Shown here piece by piece: positions 47,856 through 57,427 of a stretch of 64,000 nt of DNA. The translations under genes were made by a program, and so were the position numbers. Under the pieces are notes generated by a model. That model was not told the origin of the DNA and did no database searches. It worked only from the letters and a program-made list of their open reading frames with translations. Source of the stretch: a virus; IMG/VR virus record IMGVR_UViG_3300015615_000721, positions 3,688 through 67,687 of that record; one strand, 5' to 3'. Positions within the stretch are counted from its first letter, which is position 1. Each line of letters starts with the position of its first letter.

Positions 47856-48341
47856 ATGAGCTGGTGGACTGATTGGGGGAAAGATGCCTTGCTCGCCGCC
47901 GTTGCCCTCTACGGTGCGGGGCTCTCGACATTCAACCTGCGTCAGGCGCAGCGGAAGGAGAAGCGGAACATCATCATCACCGCAGGTAGTGCCATCCCCA
48001 CTTACGATGATGGACGTTTCGGCAAGACGTTTGCACGCATAGAGGCGGTTAACGCCGGTCAGCGCAGGGTCACTGTGACGGGGCTCGGTTTTAAGCTCGA
48101 AAACGGGAAGCGGCTTGTATCGCTCGTCCCGAACCACTTTCCGGGCATACAGGACACCCGGTTGCCGGTCACATTGGACGACGGTGAGAAGGCACACCTG
48201 TACTTTTCATACGAGGCTCTCGGGGAAGGGCTGGCTACCAAGGGGAAATGCAGGATCATCCCCTACTGCGAAGACAGCGTCGGCACGGTGTACGACGGCA
48301 AGCCGTGGACGGTCGATCCCAAAGAACTCGCGACGATGTGA
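47856..48341 (+). CDS. Hypothetical membrane-anchored protein
   Basis: N-terminal hydrophobic helix followed by a beta-rich domain. Confidence 0.65.
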   Translation: MSWWTDWGKDALLAAVALYGAGLSTFNLRQAQRKEKRNIIITAGSAIPTYDDGRFGKTFARIEAVNAGQRRVTVTGLGFKLENGKRLVSLVPNHFPGIQDTRLPVTLDDGEKAHLYFSYEALGEGLATKGKCRIIPYCEDSVGTVYDGKPWTVDPKELATM

Positions 48342-48472
48342 CTTAGTGAGCGAGCCAAAATCCTGCAGGAAATTCAAGCAACTTGCCGCTTGGAACCGGG
48401 AACCAACCGCACGCAGGTGCCCAATCGAAGCCCTACGGGTTGATTTCCAACTCTCTAATTCAAGAGGGAAAA

Positions 48473-48520
48473 TGGTGCCCTGGAGCGGAGTCGAACTGCC
48501 GACACTGCGATTTTTCAGCC
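48473..48520 (-). pseudogene. Degenerate tRNA-Phe 3' half
   Basis: Minus strand GGCTGAAAAATCGCAGTGTCGGCAGTTCGACTCCGCTCCAGGGCACCA has a GAA anticodon-like loop, a GTTCGA T-loop and a CCA end; no 5' half. Confidence 0.7.
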
Positions 48521-48909
48521 GCCTTTTCCAGCGCCGTTCTGCCGAGGGTCTCCGTATAAGGGCCAGAATTGCTTGGCCTTCGCCATCGTCGCTCGATGGT
48601 GCTTTCTGCAGTGTCGCCCTGCACCTCCGCATGGGCCCATGAACCAGCGCGAAGTTTGAAAGGCCCCTTCGCCTACCCATGGGATTTCAGAACACCAGGA
48701 ACCATCGCCTCGAAATTGTTCAGCAGAAACAAGGGCTTGAAATTCCGTAGTGATTCAAGCGAGTCGGGAGCTTCGGAGAGAACGGGCCAGAGAGAGCCAA
48801 ACCTTGGGGCCTGGCGCGCAAGCGTAGTACGGGGGCGTCAGCGAAATGCTCCAAAACACTGGGCGTCTTAGACGCCTGCAGAGGCATAGAGACAATTGCC
48901 CAGGGCGGA

Positions 48910-48928
48910 AATGGCGGAGAGGAAGGGA
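48910..48928. repeat. att core: 19-bp copy of the tRNA-Ser 3' end
   Basis: AATGGCGGAGAGGAAGGGA is identical to 63156-63174. Confidence 0.9.
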
Positions 48929-48991
48929 CACTCCGCGCGACGATGCTCCGACCCAATAACCGCTTGATATAAGGGTTTCAGGCCCCTATGG

Positions 48992-49015
48992 CTGGGTGGA
49001 CAAACTGGGTGGACA
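48992..49015 (+). repeat. Integrase arm-type sites (CTGGGTGGACA x2)
   Basis: Tandem pair; the same pair recurs at 63095-63118. Confidence 0.75.
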
Positions 49016-49031
49016 GCGGAGCGCCTGACAA

Positions 49032-50273
49032 ATGTACCTTGAGAAACGCCACGATACTTGGTGGGCCTATCACGACGTGCCCCGGCCTCTACGCCCCAAG
49101 CTAGGGCGACGCCTTCGTAAGTCGTTGCGGACTGACAACAAGGCCCAGGCGGAACGCCTCGCCTCCCTCCTTTGGCTACATGACTGGAAGAGACGGCTTG
49201 AAGGCGAAGCCGCAGCACAGGACGACGAAGAGGCCCTCTTCTTCCGCGATCTTATCCGAGACGCCCATACAGACGCCGATAGAGAGGCCCTCAAGGACCA
49301 CGTTGCCGACCTAGCGGAAGCCCGGCACGACAAGGCAGAAAGGCGCGGCGATGACACTGCGGCCGAGGAAGCCATTAGGTTCGTCAAGGTCGCCACAGGC
49401 CGGCTTGTAGCCCTCACTGAGCATCTCGACGCATGGATTGCAGCCATTGGCGACACAGAGAAAACGAAGGCCATGAAGCGCGCCGAAGTGGTCAAGCTCG
49501 GGAGGCAGTATGCCTACGTCCAAGACCTCGACGGGGAAGCGGCTACCAAGTGGCTGTCCGCGCTCGCCAAGGGCGGCGCAACGTCCAAGACCATCGGCCG
49601 CATCCTCTCATTCCTACGCGGCTACTGGAGATATCTACGCGAAGAGGGAGTGACCAAGGCTGACCCCTTCGCAGGCCTCTCCCCGCCCTCTACCGCGCGC
49701 AAAGCTAAAGGCTGGGTGCCCTTCACACCTGCCCAAGTGGTCGACCTGAGGAACCGCGCGAGTGAGAAAGGCGACCATGAGCTAGTGGACCTTATTGAGC
49801 TGGGCATGTGGTCAGGGGCTCGCGTTGAGGAGTTGTGCGCCTTGAAGGTCCCCGAGGTCGACCTAACAGGTAAGTCGTTCAACATCGCCGATGCCAAGAC
49901 CGAAGCGGGCGTCCGCGAGGTGCCAATCCACGAGAGCCTGTTGCCGACCATGAAGTGCCTCATCGGCAAGCGGACGGACGGCTATGTTCTGGCGGACCTC
50001 ACGGAGAACAAGTTCGGGGACAGGTCCAACGCCATCGGAAAGCGCTTCGGGAAGCTCAAGGCAAAGGCAGGGTTTGGCAGGGCGCATGTGTTCCACTCGA
50101 TCCGAAAGACCGTAGTGACGCAGCTAGAGAACGCTGGCGTGTCGGAGAACCTCGCGGCGGACATCGTGGGCCATGAGAAGCCGAGGATCACCTACGGACT
50201 GTACTCGGGCGGGGCTACGCTGGAGGTCAAGCGGGCGGCGCTGGCGAAGCTGGCGTATCCGCAGCGGTCCTAA
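49032..50273 (+). CDS. Tyrosine integrase
   Basis: SGARVEEL (R), KTEAG.R.VP (K), FHSIR (HxxR), VGH and T...Y. Confidence 0.95.
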   Translation: MYLEKRHDTWWAYHDVPRPLRPKLGRRLRKSLRTDNKAQAERLASLLWLHDWKRRLEGEAAAQDDEEALFFRDLIRDAHTDADREALKDHVADLAEARHDKAERRGDDTAAEEAIRFVKVATGRLVALTEHLDAWIAAIGDTEKTKAMKRAEVVKLGRQYAYVQDLDGEAATKWLSALAKGGATSKTIGRILSFLRGYWRYLREEGVTKADPFAGLSPPSTARKAKGWVPFTPAQVVDLRNRASEKGDHELVDLIELGMWSGARVEELCALKVPEVDLTGKSFNIADAKTEAGVREVPIHESLLPTMKCLIGKRTDGYVLADLTENKFGDRSNAIGKRFGKLKAKAGFGRAHVFHSIRKTVVTQLENAGVSENLAADIVGHEKPRITYGLYSGGATLEVKRAALAKLAYPQRS

Positions 50274-50478
50274 TCGGGCACGCCAAGACGACCATGAGTT
50301 ACGGCGTGTACTCGGGGCGTGGTGCGACGAAGCCGCTACTCGGGGCCGCAATCAGGAAGGTGAGCTATCCGAAGCCGCTGTAGGGCGAGAGCCGCGCTAC
50401 GCGTAAGGGCCGTACTCTATGGAAGCAAAGGCGAGACGTGCTTACGCGGCGGCACGGCGCTAGGATAGCCAACGTGAT

Positions 50479-51627
50479 ATGCTGATCCACGATACCTTCA
50501 TTGTCCAAGAGAGAGACTTAACGCGGTTTGCTTGGGCGAACCTGCGCCGCTTCCACAACACTGACTATAGCGAAGCGGCAATCACACACCACCACGGCCT
50601 AAACAAAGGCCAGCGCATCAACGCCAGAAAACAAGCCGCGCAACTTCGCTACTGTCTTATTCAAGCCCGAGAATACTTCGAGGCTGGTGAGAGGGTGACG
50701 CTGGCGACGCGCCCCGCGCTCTTCTACTACGGCGCGATGAGCTTGGCGCTTGCCGAAATCTTGCTCAAACAGACCGGAGACGCGAGCCTTGACCGCGCCC
50801 GTGAGGAACACAAACACCATGGGCTTATACTGCGCGTTGATAAGCTTCCGAACCCGCAAATGGGCCTGCAGGAAGCCGCGGGTTGTCTCGCAGCAGTACC
50901 GTTGATAGTTGAGGGGAAAGGGCGGCGCGGTACGTTTGATCTTTGGCACCGTTCCGCACGAGAGATGCCACTCGTAGCGCTAGTGACTAGGGCGCAAATG
51001 AACAACCCCGGCAGTACGCTCCGGCACGAAGTGATCGCGGGCGGCCTAGATCAGCGATTGCCGAAGGTTTCCAAGAGAGGCTTCACTCTGTACGACTGCC
51101 TTAGGCGTCTTCCGTGCATGATCAGCCACCTCGACATTGTAGGCGAGGGCCACGATCTAGTGCGCGGTAAGGCGAACGTGACATGGAACGGGAAACAGTC
51201 CACTACTCGGTTCACGTTCCATCCGGCGCCTGGGACCTTTCCACAGTTCGCTAACAACTTCCTCATGCGCCCCTGCGACTACGCTCGCGTCACCATCGAC
51301 GAGATCGAACATGGCGCTCTAGTAAGTTGGCGCGCAGACGAGGAGGATGGGCTTTTCTACCGCACGCCCGCAAGTTCCATGTGGAACAGCGATGAAGTTC
51401 ACTACTGGCTAAGCGACCAACCTCTCAATGAATTTGGCTACCTATATTTTGCGCTCTATATACTTGGAAATTATGCACGCTATTATCCGGACAGATGGAT
51501 GCAAGATGTAGACCGAGGCTCGCCCCTTGCCCTTGCCGCAGATGAGCTACTGAGCGGCGCCGCGTGGCGCGTTCCGCTGTTATCCCTCAGTGAACTAGCC
51601 AGAACCTACTACATTCCCGCAGCATGA
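50479..51627 (+). CDS. YaaC-like protein
   Basis: QAREYF...P.L.YYG...L...HGL...LY.LG..ARY.P..W pattern. Confidence 0.65.
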   Translation: MLIHDTFIVQERDLTRFAWANLRRFHNTDYSEAAITHHHGLNKGQRINARKQAAQLRYCLIQAREYFEAGERVTLATRPALFYYGAMSLALAEILLKQTGDASLDRAREEHKHHGLILRVDKLPNPQMGLQEAAGCLAAVPLIVEGKGRRGTFDLWHRSAREMPLVALVTRAQMNNPGSTLRHEVIAGGLDQRLPKVSKRGFTLYDCLRRLPCMISHLDIVGEGHDLVRGKANVTWNGKQSTTRFTFHPAPGTFPQFANNFLMRPCDYARVTIDEIEHGALVSWRADEEDGLFYRTPASSMWNSDEVHYWLSDQPLNEFGYLYFALYILGNYARYYPDRWMQDVDRGSPLALAADELLSGAAWRVPLLSLSELARTYYIPAA

Positions 51628-52085
51628 CCGCAGGAGTAGTCAGTTGCATTCCCGCTTATTCCGAACGAGGAACGGCCCCACTTCGGGCCTTAAGCACAAC
51701 TTGTGTGATGATATCCAACTCACTCTCCAACGCGCCGCGTATGTAGCCACGGGTATCCTGCTGCGTTTGGTCTAGGCCGCGGCGGAAGGAAAGGCTTCGC
51801 GGGTTTTCTCTAGGAAAGTTCAAAGTGGTAAGCGTTATCGCGCTCGACCGCGTTCCCCCCGTGGGGGCCATCGGTCCCCCGTACCCTCTCGATTGCCACC
51901 CTGCCCCGGCCCCCATGCGTCCCATCGCGACCATGAAGGAAACGCAAGCCGGTCCTTAGCGGCGCTCCGGTGCCACGCCACAGCGCGGCTGGGCCAGCGG
52001 AGAGCGTGGGGCGATGCACTAGGGTAGACGCAAAGAAGCCCCCAACGTCTCCGCTGGGGGCTCCTGGCGCGTCTCTACGGTGCTG

Positions 52086-52418
52086 CTAGGCCGCCTCTGC
52101 AAGCCTTCCTGGCGTCCACACCACAAGCTCGTCACCATGGCGCGTCCACACACTGCCATCGTTGGTGCTCGTGTAGACATCGCCCTTCCGACTGATGCCA
52201 AGGTCCTGCCAGCTACCGCCATCGGCAAGGTCACTGACGTTGTATCCGCCAACGCTTCCGCCGTCCCATCCGGTGAACCATAGTTCCGAGCCATCGGGAT
52301 AGTGTTCACCTATCCCCGGCCCGTCAGTGGTCATGCTCGTGTAGCCGGGCCGTACCGGCTCAACGGTGCCGTTGCTCAGCCTGACGAACGTGTTGTTGTC
52401 TCGATAGATGATCTTCAT
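52086..52418 (-). CDS. Hypothetical protein
   Basis: 110-aa ORF followed by a GC-rich hairpin at about 52037-52063. Confidence 0.5.
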   Translation of the reverse strand: MKIIYRDNNTFVRLSNGTVEPVRPGYTSMTTDGPGIGEHYPDGSELWFTGWDGGSVGGYNVSDLADGGSWQDLGISRKGDVYTSTNDGSVWTRHGDELVVWTPGRLAEAA

Positions 52419-52995
52419 GTTTTTTCCATCCCCGCTATCGAGCCCGTGATTAGGCTTTGGAAGCGGCGTGGCGCGAACATGAGGGGCCGTTGCCGAGTGG
52501 TCAATATGGGGTTGTGTCGATTGCTATTGCGCAATTCATACGTGTAAGGAAGGGCTCCTATTAAGGAGGTGTTTCTCTTGGAATGGACGTGTGTTCCGAG
52601 CGTTGTAATTCGGGCATCTTTGTACATTCCAGCGAAGGGCTTCCCGTCCTCTTTTGCGTAGGCGTGGTCCACTGGAGACATACGGTTTTGCGGAAGTAAC
52701 ATTCCCGTGAACAAGGCGCGCAATCGGAGAGCCTGTCACACGCTATTGTCACGCAACGCCGCCCGATGAATACGCCATCGTCACTCACGCGGGATATGGT
52801 ATCTCGCGCGCCCTCCGGGGACGCCTAGACCTGCCGACAGGGAGACCTAGCAGGCCTATACAGAAAGCCCCTCGCATCCGGCCCCTGCCAAGTGATTGAA
52901 ACACAGCACAATCGAAAGCGCCCTCTTCCCTATGCCGAATGTATTGACTTTCGGCATGGCTAGTCCCATGTATGCGGTCGAGACAGGAGGGACGA

Positions 52996-53610
52996 ATGGC
53001 AACCAAGAGAGCCGCACTCTACGTCCGCGTATCGACAGACAAGCAGACGGTTGAGAACCAAGTACGCGAACTGACGGGTATAGCGCAGCGTCGCGGCTGG
53101 GAAGTCGTCGCCACGTTCAACGATGCTGGTATCAGCGGCGCTAAGGGTCGGGACCAGCGCCCTGGGCTGGACGCGATGCTCAAGGATGCGGGGCGGGGGC
53201 GCTTCGATATCGTGATGGCCTGGGCGATAGACCGGCTGGGGAGGTCCCTAATCGACCTCCTGGGCACCATACAGACGCTAGAGGCCTGCAAGGTGGACGT
53301 GTTCATTGAGCAACAGAGCCTCGATACGACTACGCCCATGGGCAAGCTCCTGTTTCAGGTGACAGGGGCCTTCGCTGAGTTTGAGCGGCATATGATCGGC
53401 CAGCGTGTCGCCATCGGCATCAAGCGAGCGCGGGCTAAGGGTGTGAAGTTCGGGCGACCTAGGACGGACCATAGGACCGAAGAGCGCATCAGGAAGGCGC
53501 TACAGCGGGGCGATAAGGGTATCCTTAAGATCGCCGGGGAGTTTGGCGTCGGCTCGGGGACGGTACAGCGGATCAAGGCAGAGATGGGGGCGGGTCATGT
53601 CGAAGGGTGA
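52996..53610 (+). CDS. Small serine recombinase (resolvase/invertase)
   Basis: ALYVRVSTDKQ, D.G.SG...RPGL, DRLGRS, AEFER, GRP and a C-terminal HTH; AGGAGG RBS. Confidence 0.95.
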   Translation: MATKRAALYVRVSTDKQTVENQVRELTGIAQRRGWEVVATFNDAGISGAKGRDQRPGLDAMLKDAGRGRFDIVMAWAIDRLGRSLIDLLGTIQTLEACKVDVFIEQQSLDTTTPMGKLLFQVTGAFAEFERHMIGQRVAIGIKRARAKGVKFGRPRTDHRTEERIRKALQRGDKGILKIAGEFGVGSGTVQRIKAEMGAGHVEG

Positions 53611-54777
53611 GACGCAAGTACGCAGCCGCTTTCGGCATCCTGCGGCCGTCCGGTCCGACCTTACTACGGCAATCAAGCGGCGCACGCCGCGCCCGACAGC
53701 AAGTCTCCCCGCCACCTATTCCGGCGAACGGGAGCCCCGGAACGAGCCTGTACGCCTCAACAGGGACAACCCGCGCGCATGCTTCGACACGGTACGGGGC
53801 AGCCAGTATCAGATAACAGTCTCGGGCTGTGGCGCTGTTCCCGCGCGCCTAAAGCGGAAGCGCCCAATCCTGGAATTTCGAGCGATGGGAAAGGCATACG
53901 CGCTGAGTAGATGGGACGTGACCTGTGACGGTGCTGCGGTGCTGCCAGTCGCCACCAATCATGTTCGCATAGACCTTGTCGACCTGGACGCTGACGTTGT
54001 GGTGCTGGTAGAGCGACGGCCGACAGGAGAGAGGAAGAAGTACCCGCCGAAGCGGTGGCGCGAGCGCGGGTTTGCTAGACCGATTGAAGGCCGGTATCGG
54101 CGTCCAAAGGCTTTGACTTAGGACGCTGAGAATACCGCATAAAGCAAAGGCAAATCAGCAGGTTATCCAAAAGCCTCCCCTCACCCATACACTAGCATCA
54201 CATAAAGCGCTTCGATCCTTGAGCCGGCTTGGTTTTTCCAAAAGTACCACCTCCGCCCTTATAAACCTCCCCGCCCCTTTCGATACCCCTATAGAGACAT
54301 GCACGCGCCCCATGCGCTGCTTCTTCTCGGCGAAGAGGAGACCCCATGGGACCAATGGGCTCTCCAGACCGAATACGCCATCCGGGGCGGGAAAATGCGC
54401 GACTTTTGCGTTGAAGCTCAGTGGCTTAGGCAAAAGCCACACTGTACGCTAATAATAGAACACCTAGCATCGACCGCTTCCCCGGTGCCCGGTGCGGGCG
54501 GGGACCGCGCTCTAAGCGCCGCCAAGCGCGGCTGAGCGAACCCATGTTTGTCCCTTTCCATGGGCGAACGCTCGCGCGGTCCCCTCTCGTGCGGCTGAGG
54601 GGCGGCTAGCGGCGCTGGCGTGATCTTTGACGCCCGTTTGCTTGCTATTGGCGTGACCCCATCGCCAGCCGTGGCGACCCTTCTGCACCTACTGCAGGCG
54701 TCCCGAGGCATTCGCGCCTTGTCGCTTGTTTTTGTCCGCGTATCCCCGCTCTCCATCAACTCCCTCAAGGAACCACC

Positions 54778-55194
54778 ATGACCGAAAGCAAATCCATTCA
54801 CCGTCAGTCCCGCCGATGGGCGGCCGATCCCCGATGCGATAGTCACCTCGCGTGGCTTCGCAAAGTAATCACGCTCACGCTCGATGAGCCGCGCGTGCCC
54901 AGCGATAGCAACCTTATTCGCCGTGCCCTGTCGTGCTATGCCGAGCACTGGGCCGATATGCTGGCCGCAGGCCGGGTTGAAGGCCTCACTGGCCCGCATC
55001 CCCAAGATGCCGATGCCGAGCGCGCGTTGCTGGCCGAATACAGCGCCATCACGACAGCACCCCAGCCCACCACGCTAGTGGACGAGGCAGGCCGTGTATT
55101 GACGTGGCAGGAAGCTCTAGCCCGCGGCATCCAGCGACGTGACGCCCGCAGCTTGTCCATCCCCGCCCCCGAGGGCGACGCCGTTGTCAGCTAA
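54778..55194 (+). CDS. Hypothetical protein
   Basis: AAGGA RBS; overlaps the next gene. Confidence 0.6.
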   Translation: MTESKSIHRQSRRWAADPRCDSHLAWLRKVITLTLDEPRVPSDSNLIRRALSCYAEHWADMLAAGRVEGLTGPHPQDADAERALLAEYSAITTAPQPTTLVDEAGRVLTWQEALARGIQRRDARSLSIPAPEGDAVVS

Positions 55195-55486
55195 TGCTGA
55201 GGGCAGGACCGACCACGAGACGGCGTTGCTCACAAATGACGAGCGGGTCACGCTGCTGTACCACCTTTACGACGCCCTGTTGCGCCGCCTACTCGCCGTG
55301 CTGTCGCCCGAAGGTGACCAGCCACCACCAACCGCGGCACACCTCGATATCGCTCGAAAGCTCCTGGCGGACCATGGCATCAAAGCGACTGCGATGCGGA
55401 CGACACCCGACGTAAGGCGCGGGCTACAGGCATTAGTCACTGACTTCTCGACACTGCCGTTTGTGGAGGACGACAAGGGGAAGTAA
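55184..55486 (+). CDS. Putative T7-like small terminase subunit
   Basis: LYHLYDALLRRLL...TAAHLDIARKLLADHGI...LPFVED resembles recalled Autographiviridae TerS. TTG start inferred. Confidence 0.6.
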   Translation: MSANAEGRTDHETALLTNDERVTLLYHLYDALLRRLLAVLSPEGDQPPPTAAHLDIARKLLADHGIKATAMRTTPDVRRGLQALVTDFSTLPFVEDDKGK

Positions 55487-55763
55487 TTCCCCGCCCTCCC
55501 CTAACTCTCCCCGCAGGTGTCTCCATAGTCGCCCTACAGTGGCCCCTGCGGAGCACTGCCTAGGTCCTCTTCTACTTCTTAACTCAGTCTCTCTCCTCTC
55601 TTTCGCTGGCCATTTTTAGCCTAGGAAAATCAATGGGTTAGAGAGCCCACGGTCCCGTTTGTCTCCCCTCATTCGGGACCGTCTACACGATCCAAGGGAA
55701 CCCAACGACACACAAGAGCCCCAACCGGGGCACCTACCCAACAGCAAAAAGGACTATCCAAAC

Positions 55764-57239
55764 ATGACCGCCAATCAGCGGCCGAACCTGCTTGCTCAGC
55801 CGCAAGGCGCTCCGTCGTCTATGTCTCCCGTTGTCGTGATCGACAGCATCATGGGCTCAGGCAAGACGACCTGGATCATCAACCACATGCGCCAAGCTCA
55901 CGACAGAGCGCTGAGCGACCTACTGTCCGGCCGCAGCGATACCGAGCTACCAAAGTTCCTGTACGTGACGCCGTTGCTGCCTGAGGTCGACAGGGTGAAG
56001 CTTGATTGCCCTCGCCTCGATTTCAGAGACCCTATTCCTGTCCACGGACGGAAGTTCCAAGACTTCAACCGGCTTATAGACGAGGGGCAGAACATCGCCA
56101 CGACACACGCCCTCTTCTCCATGGTCGACCCGGCTACGCTCGGGAAGCTGAAAGCTCAGGGCTATACCCTGGTCATTGACGAGGTTCTAACCTGCGTCGA
56201 CTACTTCAAGAGCCTCAGCAATGACGATACGGACTTGCTGTTTGCTCAGGGCCTCGTCTACGTCGATGGCTCATCCCACCTCCGTTGGAACCACGACAAG
56301 GCCGCAGAGTATCGAGGCAAGTTCGAACACGTAAGGAACCTCTGTGACAACGGGAACCTGATTGCTTGGTCGATGTCCGCAGATGGCTTCATGCCGGGCA
56401 AGCGCGGAAGCATCCTGCTGTGGGCCTTCCCGACGAACTTCCTTGCCGCCTTCAAGGGCGTCTATCTGCTCACCTACCTATTCCATGGATCGCCCATGCG
56501 GGCCTACCTGGAAGCCGAAGGTGTGTCGTTCGATATGCGCATGGTGACCGACAAGGGCCGTAAGCTGGTCCCTTGGTCGACTGAGGCGGAGAAGGAAGCG
56601 AAGGAGCGGATCAGGAAGCACCTGAAAATCTACGAAGGGCCGCTCAACGCCGTCGGTACCAAGGCTCCCGGCACTAGGTCTAATCCGTTGGGTAAGAACT
56701 GGTACGACAACGCGGCCAAAGCAAACGGCGGCGAGGCACTCCAGAAGCTACGCACGGCGACGATCAACTTCTTTCGAAAGCACTCGCGCTATGCCGGAAC
56801 CGATACTGGCCTCTTTGCCTGGACAACGTTCAAGGCGCGACGGGCGCAACTCGCTGGCAAGGGCTACAAGCACCACACACAGTGGATACCGCTCAATGCA
56901 AAGGCCACGAACGAGTATCGACGCAAGACGGTCTTGGCCTATCTCGCGAACAGGTTTTCCATTCCTGAGATCAGGGACTATTTCGAGAGCCGGGGCGTGG
57001 ATGTTTACGAAGACCTCTACGCCACGAGTGAGATGCTTCAATGGCTCTGGCGCTCCGCTATCCGAGACGACCGTGAGCCCCGCGACGTTCATGTGTTCAT
57101 CCCTTCCGAGCGCATGAGGCACCTGTTGAAGCTGTGGCTGAGCTGCGATGACGCCTTGTCGTTCATCAAAGCGGCAACGGGAAAGGACCTAGCGTTGCCC
57201 GCCGTTGCACCGGGCGAGCCCATGAAGGAAGCCGCCTAG
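55764..57239 (+). CDS. Helicase-like (SF2-type P-loop) putative replication protein
   Basis: IDSIMGSGKTT Walker A; YVTP; TTHALF; LVIDEV Walker B; QWLWRSAIR. Confidence 0.75.
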   Translation: MTANQRPNLLAQPQGAPSSMSPVVVIDSIMGSGKTTWIINHMRQAHDRALSDLLSGRSDTELPKFLYVTPLLPEVDRVKLDCPRLDFRDPIPVHGRKFQDFNRLIDEGQNIATTHALFSMVDPATLGKLKAQGYTLVIDEVLTCVDYFKSLSNDDTDLLFAQGLVYVDGSSHLRWNHDKAAEYRGKFEHVRNLCDNGNLIAWSMSADGFMPGKRGSILLWAFPTNFLAAFKGVYLLTYLFHGSPMRAYLEAEGVSFDMRMVTDKGRKLVPWSTEAEKEAKERIRKHLKIYEGPLNAVGTKAPGTRSNPLGKNWYDNAAKANGGEALQKLRTATINFFRKHSRYAGTDTGLFAWTTFKARRAQLAGKGYKHHTQWIPLNAKATNEYRRKTVLAYLANRFSIPEIRDYFESRGVDVYEDLYATSEMLQWLWRSAIRDDREPRDVHVFIPSERMRHLLKLWLSCDDALSFIKAATGKDLALPAVAPGEPMKEAA

Positions 57240-57427
57240 GCTTCCCATCGCGCTACGTCCCAACACCCTGCCGCACAGGCAGTCCCGAAGCCTCCGCTAG
57301 AGAATGGCGCGCAAGAGGGCTAGAAATACAGCGTTCCTTGTAGCGCGTGTCTAAATGCAGTGTGGCGTTTTGAGAGAATATGGTGCGCTCAACTCCGCAG
57401 AGGCTCGAACTGGAGGAAGAAACCAAA

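Larger units (their letters stand above)
5033..48928. mobile_element. Temperate prophage: lambda-like head, Mu-like contractile tail, serine recombinase (left boundary uncertain)
   Basis: Contiguous lysis, tail, head, packaging, replication, immunity and integration modules. Right side ends at a copy of the tRNA-Ser 3' end (48910-48928). Confidence 0.9.

Noticed and set aside
48473..48560. Complete tRNA-Phe gene
   Set aside because: The 5' half is missing and the stems are mismatched; kept only as a remnant.
53543..54121. 192-aa ORF after the resolvase
   Set aside because: No motif and no clear start; only the distal part looks protein-like, so it is not called.
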